NCBI GenBank assembly: GCA_964035545.1
Contig: OZ037765.1
Span: 15,374,795 to 15,438,794, forward strand
DNA: 64,000 nt
Direction: 5' to 3'
From: Bugula neritina
Taxonomy: Eukaryota > Animalia > Bryozoa
Each line of letters begins with the position of its first letter. The first letter of the stretch is position 1. The position numbers were made by a program, and so were the translations under genes. This document shows positions 1-16,400 of this stretch, piece by piece. The notes below the pieces were generated by a model, which searched no databases, was not told the origin of the DNA, and was given only the letters and a program-made list of their open reading frames with translations.

Positions 1-3000
1 TACTGAAATATACTGCAACATACTGGAATACACTGTAACATACTGAAATACACTGCAACATACTGCAACATACTGAAATACACTGGAACATATTGAAATA
101 CACTACAACACAATGAAATATACTGCAACACACTGAAACATACTGACACATACTGAAATATACTGCAACATATCGAAGTATATTGTAAAATACGGACATG
201 TACTGTAACATACTGAAACATACTGAAGCATACTGAAACATACTGATACATACTGAAGCATACTGAAATATACTTCAACATACTGAGATGTACTGCAACA
301 TACTGCAACATACTGAAATACACTGTAACATACTGAAATACACTGTAAAATACTGAAATACACAGCAACATACTGCAACATACTGCAACATACTGAAATA
401 CACTGCAACACATTGAAATAAACCGCAACATACCTAAGTATACGGTAATATACTGAAATATAATGTAACACATTGAAAAACATTGCAACATACTGAAACA
501 TGCAGTAGCACACTGAAATACACTGCAACATACTGAAATATAATGCAAGATACTGCAACATACAGAAATACACTGTGACATACTGAGATACACTGCAACA
601 TACTGCAACATACTGAAAGACACTGTAACATACTGAAATACAGTGCACCACATTGAAACAAACAGCAACATACCTAAATATACGGTAATATACTGAAATA
701 TACTGCAACACATTGAAAAACACTGCAAGATACTGAAATATGCTGTAGCACACTGAAATACACTGCAACATACTGAAATACACTGTAAACTACTGAAATA
801 CACAGCAACATACTGCAACATACTGAAACACACTGTAACCTACTGAAATACACTGCAACATACTACAACATACTGAAATACACTGTAACATTATGAATTA
901 CACTGCAACGCATTGAAAAATACTGCAACATACCGAAATATGTAGTAAACTACTGAAATATACTGTAACACATTGAAAAAAAACTGCAACATACTGAAAT
1001 ATACTGTAACGCACTGAAATATACTTGAAGATACTGAAATACACTGTAACATATTGAAATACACTGTAACATACTGAAATATACTGCAACACACTGCAAC
1101 ATACTGAAATACACTGCAACATACTACAACATATTGGAATACACTGCAACACATTGAAATATACTGCAACACACTGAAACATACGGCAACATATTGAAAT
1201 ATACTGCAACACATTGAAATATACCGCAACATACTGAACTATGCTGTAGCACACTGAAATACACTGCAACTCACTGAAATATGGTGTAATATACAGAAAT
1301 GTACTGTAGAATATTGAAATATACTGTAACATACTGAAATATATTGCAACATACTGCAACATACTGAAATACACTGTAAGATACTGAAATACACTGCAAC
1401 ATACTGAAATACTTTGAAATACACTGGAACATATTGAAATACTTTACAACACATTGAAATATACTGCAACACACTGAAACATACAGCAACATACTGAAAT
1501 ATACTGCGACACATTGAGATTTACTGCAACATAGTTAAATATAATGCAAGATACTGCAACATACTGAAATACACCGTGACATACTGAAATACACTGCAAC
1601 ATACTGCAACATACTGCAACATACTGAAATACACTGCAACACATTGAAATAAAACCGCAACATACCTAAGTATACGGTAATATACTGAAATATAATGTAA
1701 CACATTGAAAAACATTGCAACATACTGAAACATGCTGTAGCACACTGAAATACACTGCAACATACAGAAATACACTGTGACATACTGAGACACACTGCAA
1801 CATAGTGCAACATACTGCAAAATACTGAAAGACACGGTAACATAATGAAATACACTGCAACACATTGAACTATACTGCAACACATTGAAATATACTGCAA
1901 CATACTGAAATACACTGGAACATACTGAAATATACTGCAACATACTGCAACATACTGAAATACACTGTAACATACTGAAATACACTGCAACATACTGCAA
2001 CATACTGAAATACACTGGAACATATTGAAATACACTACAACACAATGAAATATACTGCAACACACTGAAACATACTGACACATACTGAAATATACTGCAA
2101 CATATCGAAGTATATTGTAAAATACGGACATGTACTGTAACATACTGAAACATACTGAAGCATACTGAAACATACTGATATATACTGAAACATACTGAAA
2201 TATACTTCAACATACTGAGATGTAGTGCAACATACTGCAACATAATGAAATGCACTGTAACATACTGAAATACAGTGCACCACATTGAAACAAACAGCAA
2301 CATACCTAAATATACGGTAACATACTGAAATATACTGCAACACATTGAAAAACACTGCAATATACTGAAATATGCTGTAGCACACTGAAATACACTGCAA
2401 CATACTGAAATACACTGTAAAATACTGAAATACACAGCAACATACTGCAACATACTAAAACACACTGTAACCTACTGAAATACACTGCAACATACTACAA
2501 CATACTGAAATACACTGTAACATTATGAATTACACTGCAACGCATTGAAAAATACTGCAACATACCGAAATATGTAGTAAACTACTGAAATATACTGTAA
2601 CACATTGAAAAAAACTGCAACATACTGAAATATACTGTAACGCACTGAAATGTACTTGAAGATACTGAAATACACTGTAACATATTGAAATACACTGTAA
2701 CATACTGAAATATACTGCAACACACTGCAACATACTGAAATACACTGCAACATACTACAACATATTGGAATACACTGCAACACATTGAAATATACTGCAA
2801 CACACTGAAACATACGGCAACATATTGAAATATACTGCAACACATTGAAATATACCGCAACATACTGAACTATGCTGTAGCACACTGAAATACACTGCAA
2901 CTCACTGAAATATGGTGTAATATACAGAAATGTACTGTAGAATATTGAAATATACTGTAACATACTGAAATATATTGCAACATACTGCAACATACTGAAA

Positions 3001-6000
3001 TACACTGTAAGATACTGAAATACACTGCAACATACTGAAATACTTTGAAATACACTGGAACATATTGAAATACTTTACAACACATTGAAATATACTGCAA
3101 CACACTGAAACATACAGCAACATACTGAAATATACTGCGACACATTGAGATTTACTGCAACATAGTTAAATATAATGCAAGATACTGCAACATACTGAAA
3201 TACACCGTGACATACTGAAATACACTGCAACATACTGCAACATACTGAAATACACTGCAACACATTGAAATAAAACCGCAACATACCTAAGTATACGGTA
3301 ATATACTGAAATATAATGTAACACATTGAAAAACATTGCAACATACTGAAACATGCTGTAGCACACTGAAATACACTGCAACATACAGAAATACACTGTG
3401 ACATACTGAGACACACTGCAACATAGTGCAACATACTGCAACATACTGAAAGACACGGTAACATAATGAAATACACTGCAACACATTGAACTATACTGCA
3501 ACACATTGAAATATACTGCAACATACTGAAACTTGCTGTAGCATACTGAAATACACTGCAACACATTGAAGTATACTGTAATATACAGAAATGTACTGTA
3601 ACATGCTGAACTATACTGCAACATACTGAAATACACTGTAACATACTCAATTACACTGCAACGAACTGCAACATACTGAAATACGCTTTAACATATTGAA
3701 ATACGCTCCAACACATTAAAAGATACTGCAACATACTGAAACATACGTCAACATACTGAAATATACTGCAACGCATTGAAATATACTGCAACATACTGCA
3801 ACATACTGAAATACACTGTAACCTACTGATATACACTGCAATATACTACAACATACTGAAATACACTGTAACATATTGAAATACGCTGCAACACATCGAA
3901 ATATACTGCAACATACCGAAATACATGGTAAACTGCTGAAATATACTGTAACACATTGAAAAATACTGCAACATACTGAAATATACTGTAACACACTGAA
4001 ATATACTGCAACATACTGAAATACACTGTAACATACTGAAATATACTGCAACATACTGAAATATACTGTAACATACTGAAACATACTGCAACATACTGAA
4101 ACACACTGTAACATACTGAAATATACTGCAACATACTGCAACATACTGAAATACACTGTAACATACTGAAATACACTGCAACCTACTGCAAAATACTGAA
4201 ATACACTGGAACATATTGAAATACACTACAACACAATGAAATATACTGCAACACACTGAAACATACTGACACATACTGAAATACACTGCAACATACTACA
4301 ACATACTGAAATACACTGTAACATTATGAATTACACTGCAACGCATTGAAAAATACTGCAACATACCGAAATATGTAGTAAACTACTGAAATATACTGTA
4401 ACACATTGAAAAAAAACTGCAACATACTGAAATATACTGTAACGCACTGAAATATACTGCAACATACTGAAATACACTGTAACATACTGAAATATACTGC
4501 AACATACTGAAATACACTGGAACATACTGAAATATACTGCAACATACTGCAACATACTGAAATACACTGTAACATACTGAAATACACTGCAACATACTGC
4601 AACATACTGAAATACACTGCAACATACTACAACATATTGAAATACACTGCAACACATTGAAATATACTGCAACACACTGAAACATACGGCAACATATTGA
4701 AATATACTGCAACACATTGAAATATACCGCAACATACTGAACTATGCTGTAGCACACTGAAATACACTGCAACTCACTGAAATATGGTGTAATATACAGA
4801 AATGTCCTGTAGAATACTGAAATATACTGTAACATACTGAAATATACTGCAACATACTGCAACATACTGAAACACACTGTAAAATACTGAAATACACTGC
4901 AACATACTGAAATACTTTGAAATACACTGGAACATATTGCCATACTTTACAACACATTGAAATATACTGCAACACACTGAAACATACAGCAACATACTGA
5001 AATATACTGCGACACATTGAGATTTACTGCAACATAGTTAAATATAATGCAAGATACTGCAACATACTGAAATACACTGTGACATACTGAAATACACTGC
5101 AACATACTGCAACATACTGCAACATACTGAAATACACTGTAACATACTGAAATATACTGCAACATACTGCAACATACTGAAATACACTGGAACATATTGA
5201 AATACACTACAACACAATGAAATATACTGCAACACACTGAAACACACTGACACATACTGAAATATCCTGCAACATATCGAAGTATATTGTAAAATACGGA
5301 CATGTACTGTAACATACTGAAACATACTGAAGCATACTGAAACATACTGATACATACTGAAACATACTGAAATATACTTCAACATACTGAGATGTACTGC
5401 AACATACTGCAACATACTGAAATACACTGTAACATACTGAAATACAGTGCACCACATTGAAACAAACAGCAACATACCTAAATATACGGTAATATACTGA
5501 AATATACTGCAACACATTGAAAAACACTGCAAGATACTGAAATATGCTGTAACACACTGAAATACACTGCAACATACTGAAATAAACTGTAAACTACTGA
5601 AATACACAGCAACATACTGCAACATACTGAAACACACTGTAACCTACTGAAATACACTGCAACATACTACAACATACTGAAATACACTGTAACATTATGA
5701 ATTACACTGCAACGCATTGAAAAATACTGCAACATACCGAAATATGTAGTAAACTACTGAAATATACTGTAACACATTGAAAATAAACTGCAACATACTG
5801 AAATACACTGTAACGCACTGAAATATACTTGAAGATACTGAAATACACTGTAACATATTGAAATACACTGTAACATACTGAAATATACTGCAACACACTG
5901 CAACATACTGAAATACACTGCAACATACTACAACATATTGGAATACACTGCAACACATTGAAATATACTGCAACACACTGAAACATACGGCAACATATTG

Positions 6001-9000
6001 AAATATACTGCAACACATTGAAATATACCGCAACATACTGAACTATGCTGTAGCACACTGAAATACACTGCAACTCACTGAAATATGGTGTAATATACAG
6101 AAATGTACTGTAGAATATTGAAATATACTGTAACATACTGAAATATATTGCAACATACTGCAACATACTGAAATACACTGTAAGATACTGAAATACACTG
6201 CAACATACTGAAATACTTTGAAATACACTGGAACATATTGAAATACTTTACAACACATTGAAATATACTGCAACACACTGAAACATACAGCAACATACTG
6301 AAATATACTGCGACACATTGAGATTTACTGCAACATAGTTAAATATAATGCAAGATACTGCAACATACTGAAATACACCATGACATACTGAAATACACTG
6401 CAACATACTGCAACATACTGCAACATACTGAAATACACTGCAACACATTGAAATAAAACCGCAACATACCTAAGTATACGGTAATATACTGAAATATAAT
6501 GTAACACATTGAAAAACATTGCAACATACTGAAACATGCTGTAGCACACTGAAATACACTGCAACATACAGAAATACACTGTGACATACTGAGACACACT
6601 GCAACATAGTGCAACATACTGCAACATACTGAAAGACACGGTAACATAATGAAATACACTGCAACACATTGAACTATACTGCAAAACATTGAAATATACT
6701 GCAACATACTGAAACTTGCTGTAGCATACTGAAATACACTGCAACACATTGAAGTATACTGTAATATACAGAAATGTACTGTAACATGCTGAACTGTACT
6801 GCAACATACTGAAATACACTGTAACATACTCAATTACACTGCAACGAACTGCAACATACTGAAATACGCTTTAACATATTGAAATACACTCCAACACATT
6901 AAAAGATACTGCAACATACTGAAACATACGTCAACATACTGAAATATACTGCAACGCATTGAAATATACTGCAACATACTGCAACATACTGAAATACACT
7001 GTAACCTACTGATATACACTGCAATATACTACAACATACTGAAATACACTGTAACATATTGAAATACGCTGCAACACATGGAAATATACTGCAACATACC
7101 GAAATACATGGTAAACTGCTGAAATATACTGTAACACATTGAAAAATACTGCAACATACTGAAATATACTGTAACACACTGAAATATACTGCAACATACT
7201 GAAATACACTGTAACATACTGAAATATACTGCAACATACTGAAATATACTGTAACATACTGAAACATACTGCAACATACTGAAACACACTGTAACATACT
7301 GAAATATACTGCAACATACTGCAACATACTGAAATACACTGTAACATACTGAAATACACTGCAACCTACTGCAAAATACTGAAATACACTGGAACATATT
7401 GAAATACACTACAACACAATGAAATATACTGCAACACACTGAAACATACTGACACATACTGAAATATACTGCAACATATCAAAGTATATTGTAAAATACG
7501 GACATGTACTGTAACATACTGAAACAAACTGAAGCATACTGAAACATACTGATACATACTGAAACATACTGAAATATACTTCAACATACTGAGAGGTACT
7601 GCAACGTACTGCAACATACTGAAATACACTGTAACATACTGAAATACACTGCACCACATTGAAACAAACAGCAACATACCTAAATATACGGTAATATACT
7701 GAAATATACTGTAACACATTGAAAAACACTGCAAGATACTGAAATATGCTGTAGCACACTGAAATACACTGCAACATACTGAAATACACTGTAAAATACT
7801 GAAATACACAGCAACATACTGCAACATACTGAAACACACTGTAACCTACTGAAATACACTGCAACATACTACAACATACTGAAATACACTGTAACATTAT
7901 GAATTACACTGCAACGCATTGAAGAATACTGCAACATACCGCAATATGTAGTAAACTACTGAAATACACTGTAACACATTGAAAAAAACTGCAACATACT
8001 GAAATATACTGTAACGCACTGAAATAAATGTGAAGATACTGAAATACACTGTAACATATTGAAATACACTGTAACATACTGAAATATACTGCAACACACT
8101 GCAACATACTGAAATACACTGCAACATACTACAACATATTGAAATACACTGCAACACATTGAAATATGCTGCAACACACTGAAACATACGGCAACATATT
8201 GAAATATACTGCAACACATTGAAATATACCGCAACATACTGAACTATGCTGTAGCACACTGAAATACACTGCAACTCACTGAAATATGGTGTAATATACA
8301 GAAATGTGCTGTAGAATACTGAAATATACTGTAACATACTGAAATATACTGCAACATACTGCAACATACTGAAATACACTGTAAAATACTGAAATACGCT
8401 GCAACATACTGAAATACTTTGAAATACACTGGAACATATTGAAATACTTTACAACACTTTGAAATATACTGCAACACACTGAAACATACAGCAACATACT
8501 GAAATATACTGCGACACATTGGGATTTACTGCAACATAGTTAAATATAATGCAAGATACTGCAACATACTGAAATACACTGTGACATACTGAAATACACT
8601 GCAACATACTGCAACATACTGAAATACACTGCAACACATTGAAATAAACCGCAACATACCTAAGTATACGGTAATATACTGAAATATAATGTAACACATT
8701 GAAAAACATTGCAACATACTGAAACATGCTGTAGCACACTGAAATACACTGCAACATACAGAAATACACTGTGACATACTGAGATACACTGCAACATAGT
8801 GCAACATACTGCAACATACTGAAAGACGCGGTAACATAATGAAATACACTGCAACACATTGAACTATACTGCAACACATACAAATATACTGCAACATACT
8901 GAAACATGCTGTAGCATACTGAAATATACTGCAACACATTGAAGTATACTGTAATATACAGAAATGTACTGTAACATACTGAAACATACGTCAACATACC

Positions 9001-12000
9001 GAAATGTACTGCAACATGCTGAACTATACTGCAACATACTGAAATACACTGTAACATACTCAATTACACTGCAACAAACTGCAACATACTGAAATATGCT
9101 TTAACATATTGAAATACGCTCCAACACATTAAAAGATACTGCAACATACTGAAACATACGTCAACATACTGAAATATACTGCAACGCATTGAAATATACT
9201 GCAACATACTGAAATATGCTGTAGAATACTGAAATACACTGCAACACACTGAAGTATACTGTAATATACAGAACTGTACTGTAAAATACTGAAACATACG
9301 ACAACATACTGAAATACACCGCAACATACTGCAACATAGTGCAACATACTGAATTACACTCTAACATATTCAAATACACTGCAACATACTGAAATATACT
9401 GTAACATACTGAAATATACTGCAACATACTGAAATACACTGGAACATACTGAAATATACTGCAACATATCGAAGTATATTGTAAAATACGGACATGTACT
9501 GTAACATACTGAAACATACTGAAGCATACTGAAACATACTGATATATACTGCAACATGCTGAAATATACTGTAACGCACTGAAATGTACTTGAAGATACT
9601 GAAATACACTGTAACATATTGAAATACACTGTAACATACTGAAATATACAGCAACACACTGCAACATACTGAAATACACTGCAACATACTACAACATATT
9701 GAAATACACTGCAACACATTGAAATATACTGCAACACACTGAAACATACGGCAACATATTGAAATATACTGCAACACATTGAAATATACCGCAACATACT
9801 GAACTATGCTGTAGCACACTGAAATACACTGCAACTCACTGAAATATGGTGTAATATACAGAAATGTACTGTAGAATACTGAAATATACTGTAACATACT
9901 GAAATATACTGCAACATACTGCAACATACTGAAACACACTGTAAAATACTGAAATACACTGCAACATACTGAAATACTTTGAAATACATTGGAACATATT
10001 GAAATACCTTACAACACATTGAAATATACTGCAACACACTGAAACATACAGCAACATACTGAAATATACTGCGACACATTGAGATTTACTGCAACATAGC
10101 TAAATATAATGCAAGATACTGCGACATACTGAAATACACTGTGACATACTGAAATACACTGCAACATACTGCAACATACTGCAACATACTGAAATACACT
10201 GTAACATACTGAAATATACTGCAACATACTGCAACATACTGAAATACACTGGAACATATTGAAATACACTACAACACAATGAATTATACTGCAACACACT
10301 GAAACCTACTGACACATACTGAAATATACTGCAACATATCGAAGTATATTGTAAAATACGGACATGTACTGTAACATACTGAAACATGCTGAAGCATACT
10401 GAAACATACTGATATATACTGAAACATACTGAAATATACTTCAACATACTGAGATGTACTGCAACATACTGCAACATACTGAAATACACTGTAACATACT
10501 GAAATACAGTGCACCACATTGAAACAAACAGCAACATACCTAAATATACGGTAATATACTGAAATATACTGCAACACATTCAAAAACACTGCAAGATACT
10601 GAAATATGCTGTAGCACACTGAAATACACTGCAACATACTGAAATACACTGTAAACTACTGAAATACACTGTAACATATTGAAATACGCTGCAACACATC
10701 AAAATATACTGCAAGATACCGAAATACATGGTAAACTGCTGAAATGTACTGTAACACATTGAAAAATACTGCAACATACTGAAATATACTGTAACACACT
10801 GAAATATACTGCAACATACTGAAATACACTGTAACATACTGAAATATACTGCAACATACTGAAATATACTGTAACATACTGAAATATACTGCAACATACT
10901 GAAATACACTGTAACATACTGAAATATACTGCAACATACTGCAACATACTGAAATACGCTGTAACATACTGAAATACACTGGAACATATTGAAATACACT
11001 ACAACAGAATGAAATATACTGCAACCCACTGAAACATACTGACACATACTGAAATATACTGCAACATATCGAAGTATATTGTAAAATACGGACATGTACT
11101 GTAACATACTGAAACATACTGAAGCATACTGAAACATACTGATATATACTGTAACATACTGAAGTATACTGCAACATACTGAAATATACTGCAACATACT
11201 GAAATACACTGTAAAATACTGAAATACACAGCAACATACTGCAACATACTGAAATACACTGTAACCTACTGAAATACACTGCAACATACTACAACGTACT
11301 GAAATACACAGTAACATTATGAATTACACTGCAACACATTGAAAAATACTGCAACATACCGAAATATGTAGTAAACTACTGAAATATACTGTAACACATT
11401 GAAAAAAACTGCAACATACTGAAATATACTGTAACGCACTGAAATATACTTGAAAATACTGAAATACACTGTAACATATTGAAATACACTGTAACATACT
11501 GAAATATACTGCAACACACTGCAACATACTGAAATACACTGTAACATACTGAAATACACTGCAACATACTACAACATATTGAAATACACTATAACATACT
11601 GAAATATACTGCAACACACTGCAACATACTGAAATACACTGTACCATACTGAAATACACTGCAACATACTACAACATATTGAAATACACTGCAACACATT
11701 GAAATATACTGCAACACACTGAAATATGGTGTAATATACAGAAATGTACTGTAGAATGCTGAAATATACTGTAACATACTGAAATATACTGCAACATACT
11801 GAAACATACTGAAATACACTGTAACATACTGAAATACACTGCAACATACTGAAATACTTTGAAATACACTGGAACATATTGAAATACCTTACAACACATT
11901 GAAATATACTGCAACACACTGAAACATACAGCAACATACTGAAATATACTGCGACACATTAAGATATACTGCAACATAGTTAAATATAATGCAAGATACT

Positions 12001-13289
12001 GCAACATACTGAAATACACTGTGACATGCTGAAATACGCTGCAACATACTGCAACATACTGCAACATACTGAAAGACACTGTAACCTACTGAAATACACT
12101 GCAACACACTACAACATACTGAAATACACTGTAACATTATGAATTACACTGCAACACATTGAAATATACTGCAACATACCGAAATATATGGTAAACAACT
12201 GAAATATACTGCAAAAATACTGAAATATACTGTAACATACTGAAAGAAACTGCAACATACTGAAATACACTGTAACATACTGAAATACACTGTAACATAC
12301 TGAAATACACTGCAACATACTACAACATATTGAAATACACTGCAAAACCTTGAAATGTACCGCAACATACTGAAATATGCTGTAGCACACTGAAATACGC
12401 TGCAACTCACTAAAATATGAAGTAATATAGAGAATTGTACTGTAAAATACTGAAATATACTGTAACATACTGAAATATACTGCAACATACTGCAACATAC
12501 TGAAATACACTGTAACATACTGAAATACACTGCAACATACTGAAAAACTTTGAAATACACTGGAACATATTGAAATACCTTACAACACATTGAAATATAC
12601 TGCAACACACTGAAACATACAGTAACATACTGAAGTATACTGCGACACATTGAGATATACTGCAACATAGTTAAATATAATGCAAGATACTGCAACATAC
12701 TGAAATACACTGTGACATACTGAAATACACTGCAACATACTGCAACATACTGCAACATACTGAAATACACTGCAACACATTGAAATAAACCGCAACATAC
12801 CTAAGTATACGGTAATATACTGAAATATAATGTAACACATTGAAAAACATTGCAACATACTGAAACATGCTGTAGCACACTGAAATACAGTGCAACATAC
12901 TGAAATATAATGCAAGATACTGCAACATATAGAAATACACTGTGACATACTGAGACACACTGCAACATACTGAAAGACACTGTAATATATCGAAATACAC
13001 TGCAACACATTGAACTATACTGCAACACATTGAAATATACTGCAACATACTGAAACATGCTGTAGCATACTGAAATACACTGCAACACATTGAAGTATAC
13101 TATAATATACAGAAATGTACTGTAACATACTGAAACATACGTCAACATACTGAAATGTACTGCAACATGCTGAACTATACTGCAACATACTGAAATACAC
13201 TGTAATATACTGAATTAAACTGCAACATACTGAAATAAGCTGTAGCATACTGAAATACATTGCAGCACACTGAAGCGTACTGTAATATA

Positions 13290-13445
13290 CCACAACAAAC
13301 CGAAATTTATGGCATACTGAGATATGTTGCAAACTAGTAAAATCTACTGCAACATACCAAAAAAGACCTCAACTGTGCAAAATAATGAAATATACTGCAA
13401 AAATACTGAAATATACTGCAACAATTTAAAATTTACTGTATGATA
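13290..13445. repeat. Degenerate ~155-bp landmark block inside satellite A (first of 11 copies)
   Basis: CCACAACAAACCGAAATTTATGGCATACTGAGATATGTTGCAAACTAGTAAAATCTAC...AAAAAAGACCTCAACTGTGCAAAATAATG...ACAATTTAAAATTTACTGTATGAT recurs near 13290, 16506, 20872, 23590, 26208, 28386, 32335, 35624, 38342, 42291 and 43878. These are the ORFs ending VEVFFGMLQ in the track. Confidence 0.93.
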
Positions 13446-16400
13446 TTGAAATATACTGAAACACACTGAAACATACTGAAAGAAACTGCAACATACTGAA
13501 ATACACTGTAACATACTGAAATACACTGCAACATACTGCAACATACTGCAACATACTGAATTACACTGTAACATATTGAAATACACTGCAATACATTGAA
13601 ATTTACTGCAACACACTGAAACATACTGCAACATACTGAAATATACTGCAACATATCGAAGTATATTGTAATATACGAACATGTACTGTAACATACTGAA
13701 ACATACTGAAATATACTTCAACATTCTGAAGGACACTGTAACATATTGAAATACACTGCAACACATTGAAATATACTGGAACATACTGAAATGCACTGTA
13801 AAATACTGAAATATACTGCAACATACTGCAACATACTGAAATACACTGTAACATACTGAAATACACTGCAACATACTGCAACATACTGAAATACACTGGA
13901 ACATATTGAAATACACTACAACACATTAAAATATACTGGAACACACTGAAACATACAGCAACATACTGAAATATACTGCGACACATTGAGATATACTGCG
14001 ACATACTGAAATATGCTGTAGTATGCTGAAATACACTGCAACACACTGAAGTATACTGTAAAATACAGAAATATACTGTAACATACTGAAACATCTGTCA
14101 ACATACTGAAATGTACTGCAAAATGCTGAAATATATTGCAACATACTGAAATACACTGTAACATACTCAATTACACTGCAACAAACTGCAACACACTGAA
14201 ATACGCTTTAACATATTGAAATACGCTCCAACACATTAAAAGATACTGCAACATACTGAAACCTACGGCAACATACTGAAATATACTGTGACGCATTGAA
14301 ATATACTGCAACATACTGAAATATGCTGTAGAATACTGAAATACACTGCAACACACTGAAGTATACTGTAATATACAGAACTGTACTGTAACATACTGAA
14401 ACATACGTCAACGTACTGAAATATACTGCAACATGCTGAACGATTCTGCAACATACTGAAATACACTGTAATATACTGAATTAAACTGCAACATACTGCA
14501 ACATACTGAAATAAGCTGTAACATATTGAAATACACTGCGACACATTGTAATATACTGCAACATACTGAATCATACGGCAACATACTGAAATATACTGCA
14601 ACACATTGAAATATACTGCAACACACTGAAATATGCTGTAGCAGACTGAAATACATTGCAGCACACTGAAGCGTACTGATACATACTGAAGCATACTGAA
14701 AAATACTTCAACATACTGAGATGTACTGCAACATACTGAAACATACTGAAACACACTGTAACATACTGAAATACACTGCAACATACTACAACATATTGAA
14801 ATACACTATAACATACTGAAATATACTGCAACACACTGCAACATACTGAAATACACTGTACCATACTGAAATACACTGCAACATACTACAACATATTGAA
14901 ATACACTGCAACACATTGAAATATACTGCAACACACTGAAATATGGTGTACTATACAGAAATGTACTGTAGAATGCTGAAATATACTGTAACATACTGAA
15001 ATATACTGCAACATACTGCAACATACTGAAATACACTGTAAAATACTGAAATACACTGCAACATACTGAAATACTTTGAAATACACTGGAACATATTGAA
15101 ATACCTTACAACACATTGAAATATACTGCAACACACTGAAACATACAGCAACATACTGAAATATACTGCGACACATTAAGATATACTGCAACATAGTTAA
15201 ATATAATGCAAGATACTGCAACATACTGAAACACACTGTGACATACTGAAATACACTGCAAATACTGCAACATACTGAAAGACACTGTAACCTACTGAAA
15301 TACACTGCAACACACTACAACATACTGAAATACACTGTAACATTATGAATTACACTGCAACACATTGAAATATACTGCAACATACCGAAATATATGGTAA
15401 ACAACTGAAATATACTGCAAAAACACTGAAATATACTGTAACATACTGAAAGAAACTGCAACATACTGAAATACACTGTAACATACTGAAATACACTGCA
15501 ACATACTACAACATATTGAAACACACTGCAACACCTTGAAATGTACCGCAACATACTGAAATATGCTGTAGCACACTGAAATACGCTGCAACTCACTAAA
15601 ATATAGTGTAATATAGAGAATTGTACTGTAAAATACTGAATTATACTGTAACATACTGAAATATACTGCAACATACTGCAACATACTGAAATACACTGTA
15701 ACATACTGAAATACACTGCAACATACTGAAAAACTTTGAAATACACTGGAACATATTGAAATACCTTACAACACATTGAAATATACTGCAACACACTGAA
15801 ACATACAGTAACATACTGAAATATACTGCGACACATTGAGATATACTGCAACATAGTTAAATATAATGCAAGATACCGCAACATACTGAAATACACTGTG
15901 ACATACTGAAATACACTGCAACATACTGCAACATACTGCAACATACTGAAATACACTGCAACACATTGAAATAAACCGCAACATACCTAAGTATACGGTA
16001 ATATACTGAAATATAATGTAACACATTGAAAAACATTGCAACATACTGAAACATGCTGTAGCACACTGAAATACACTGCAACATACTGAAATATAATGCA
16101 AGATACTGCAACATATAGAAATACACTGTGACATACTGAGACACACTGCAACATACTGCAACATACTGCAACATACTGAAAGACACTGTAATATATTGAA
16201 ATACACTGCAACACATTGAACTATACTGCAACACATTGAAATATACTGCAACATACTGAAACATGCTGTAGCATACTGAAATATACTGCAACACATTGAA
16301 GTATAGTATAATATACAGAAATGTACTGTAACATACTGAAACATACGTCAACATACTGAAATGTACTGCAACATGCTGAACTATACTGCAACATACTGAA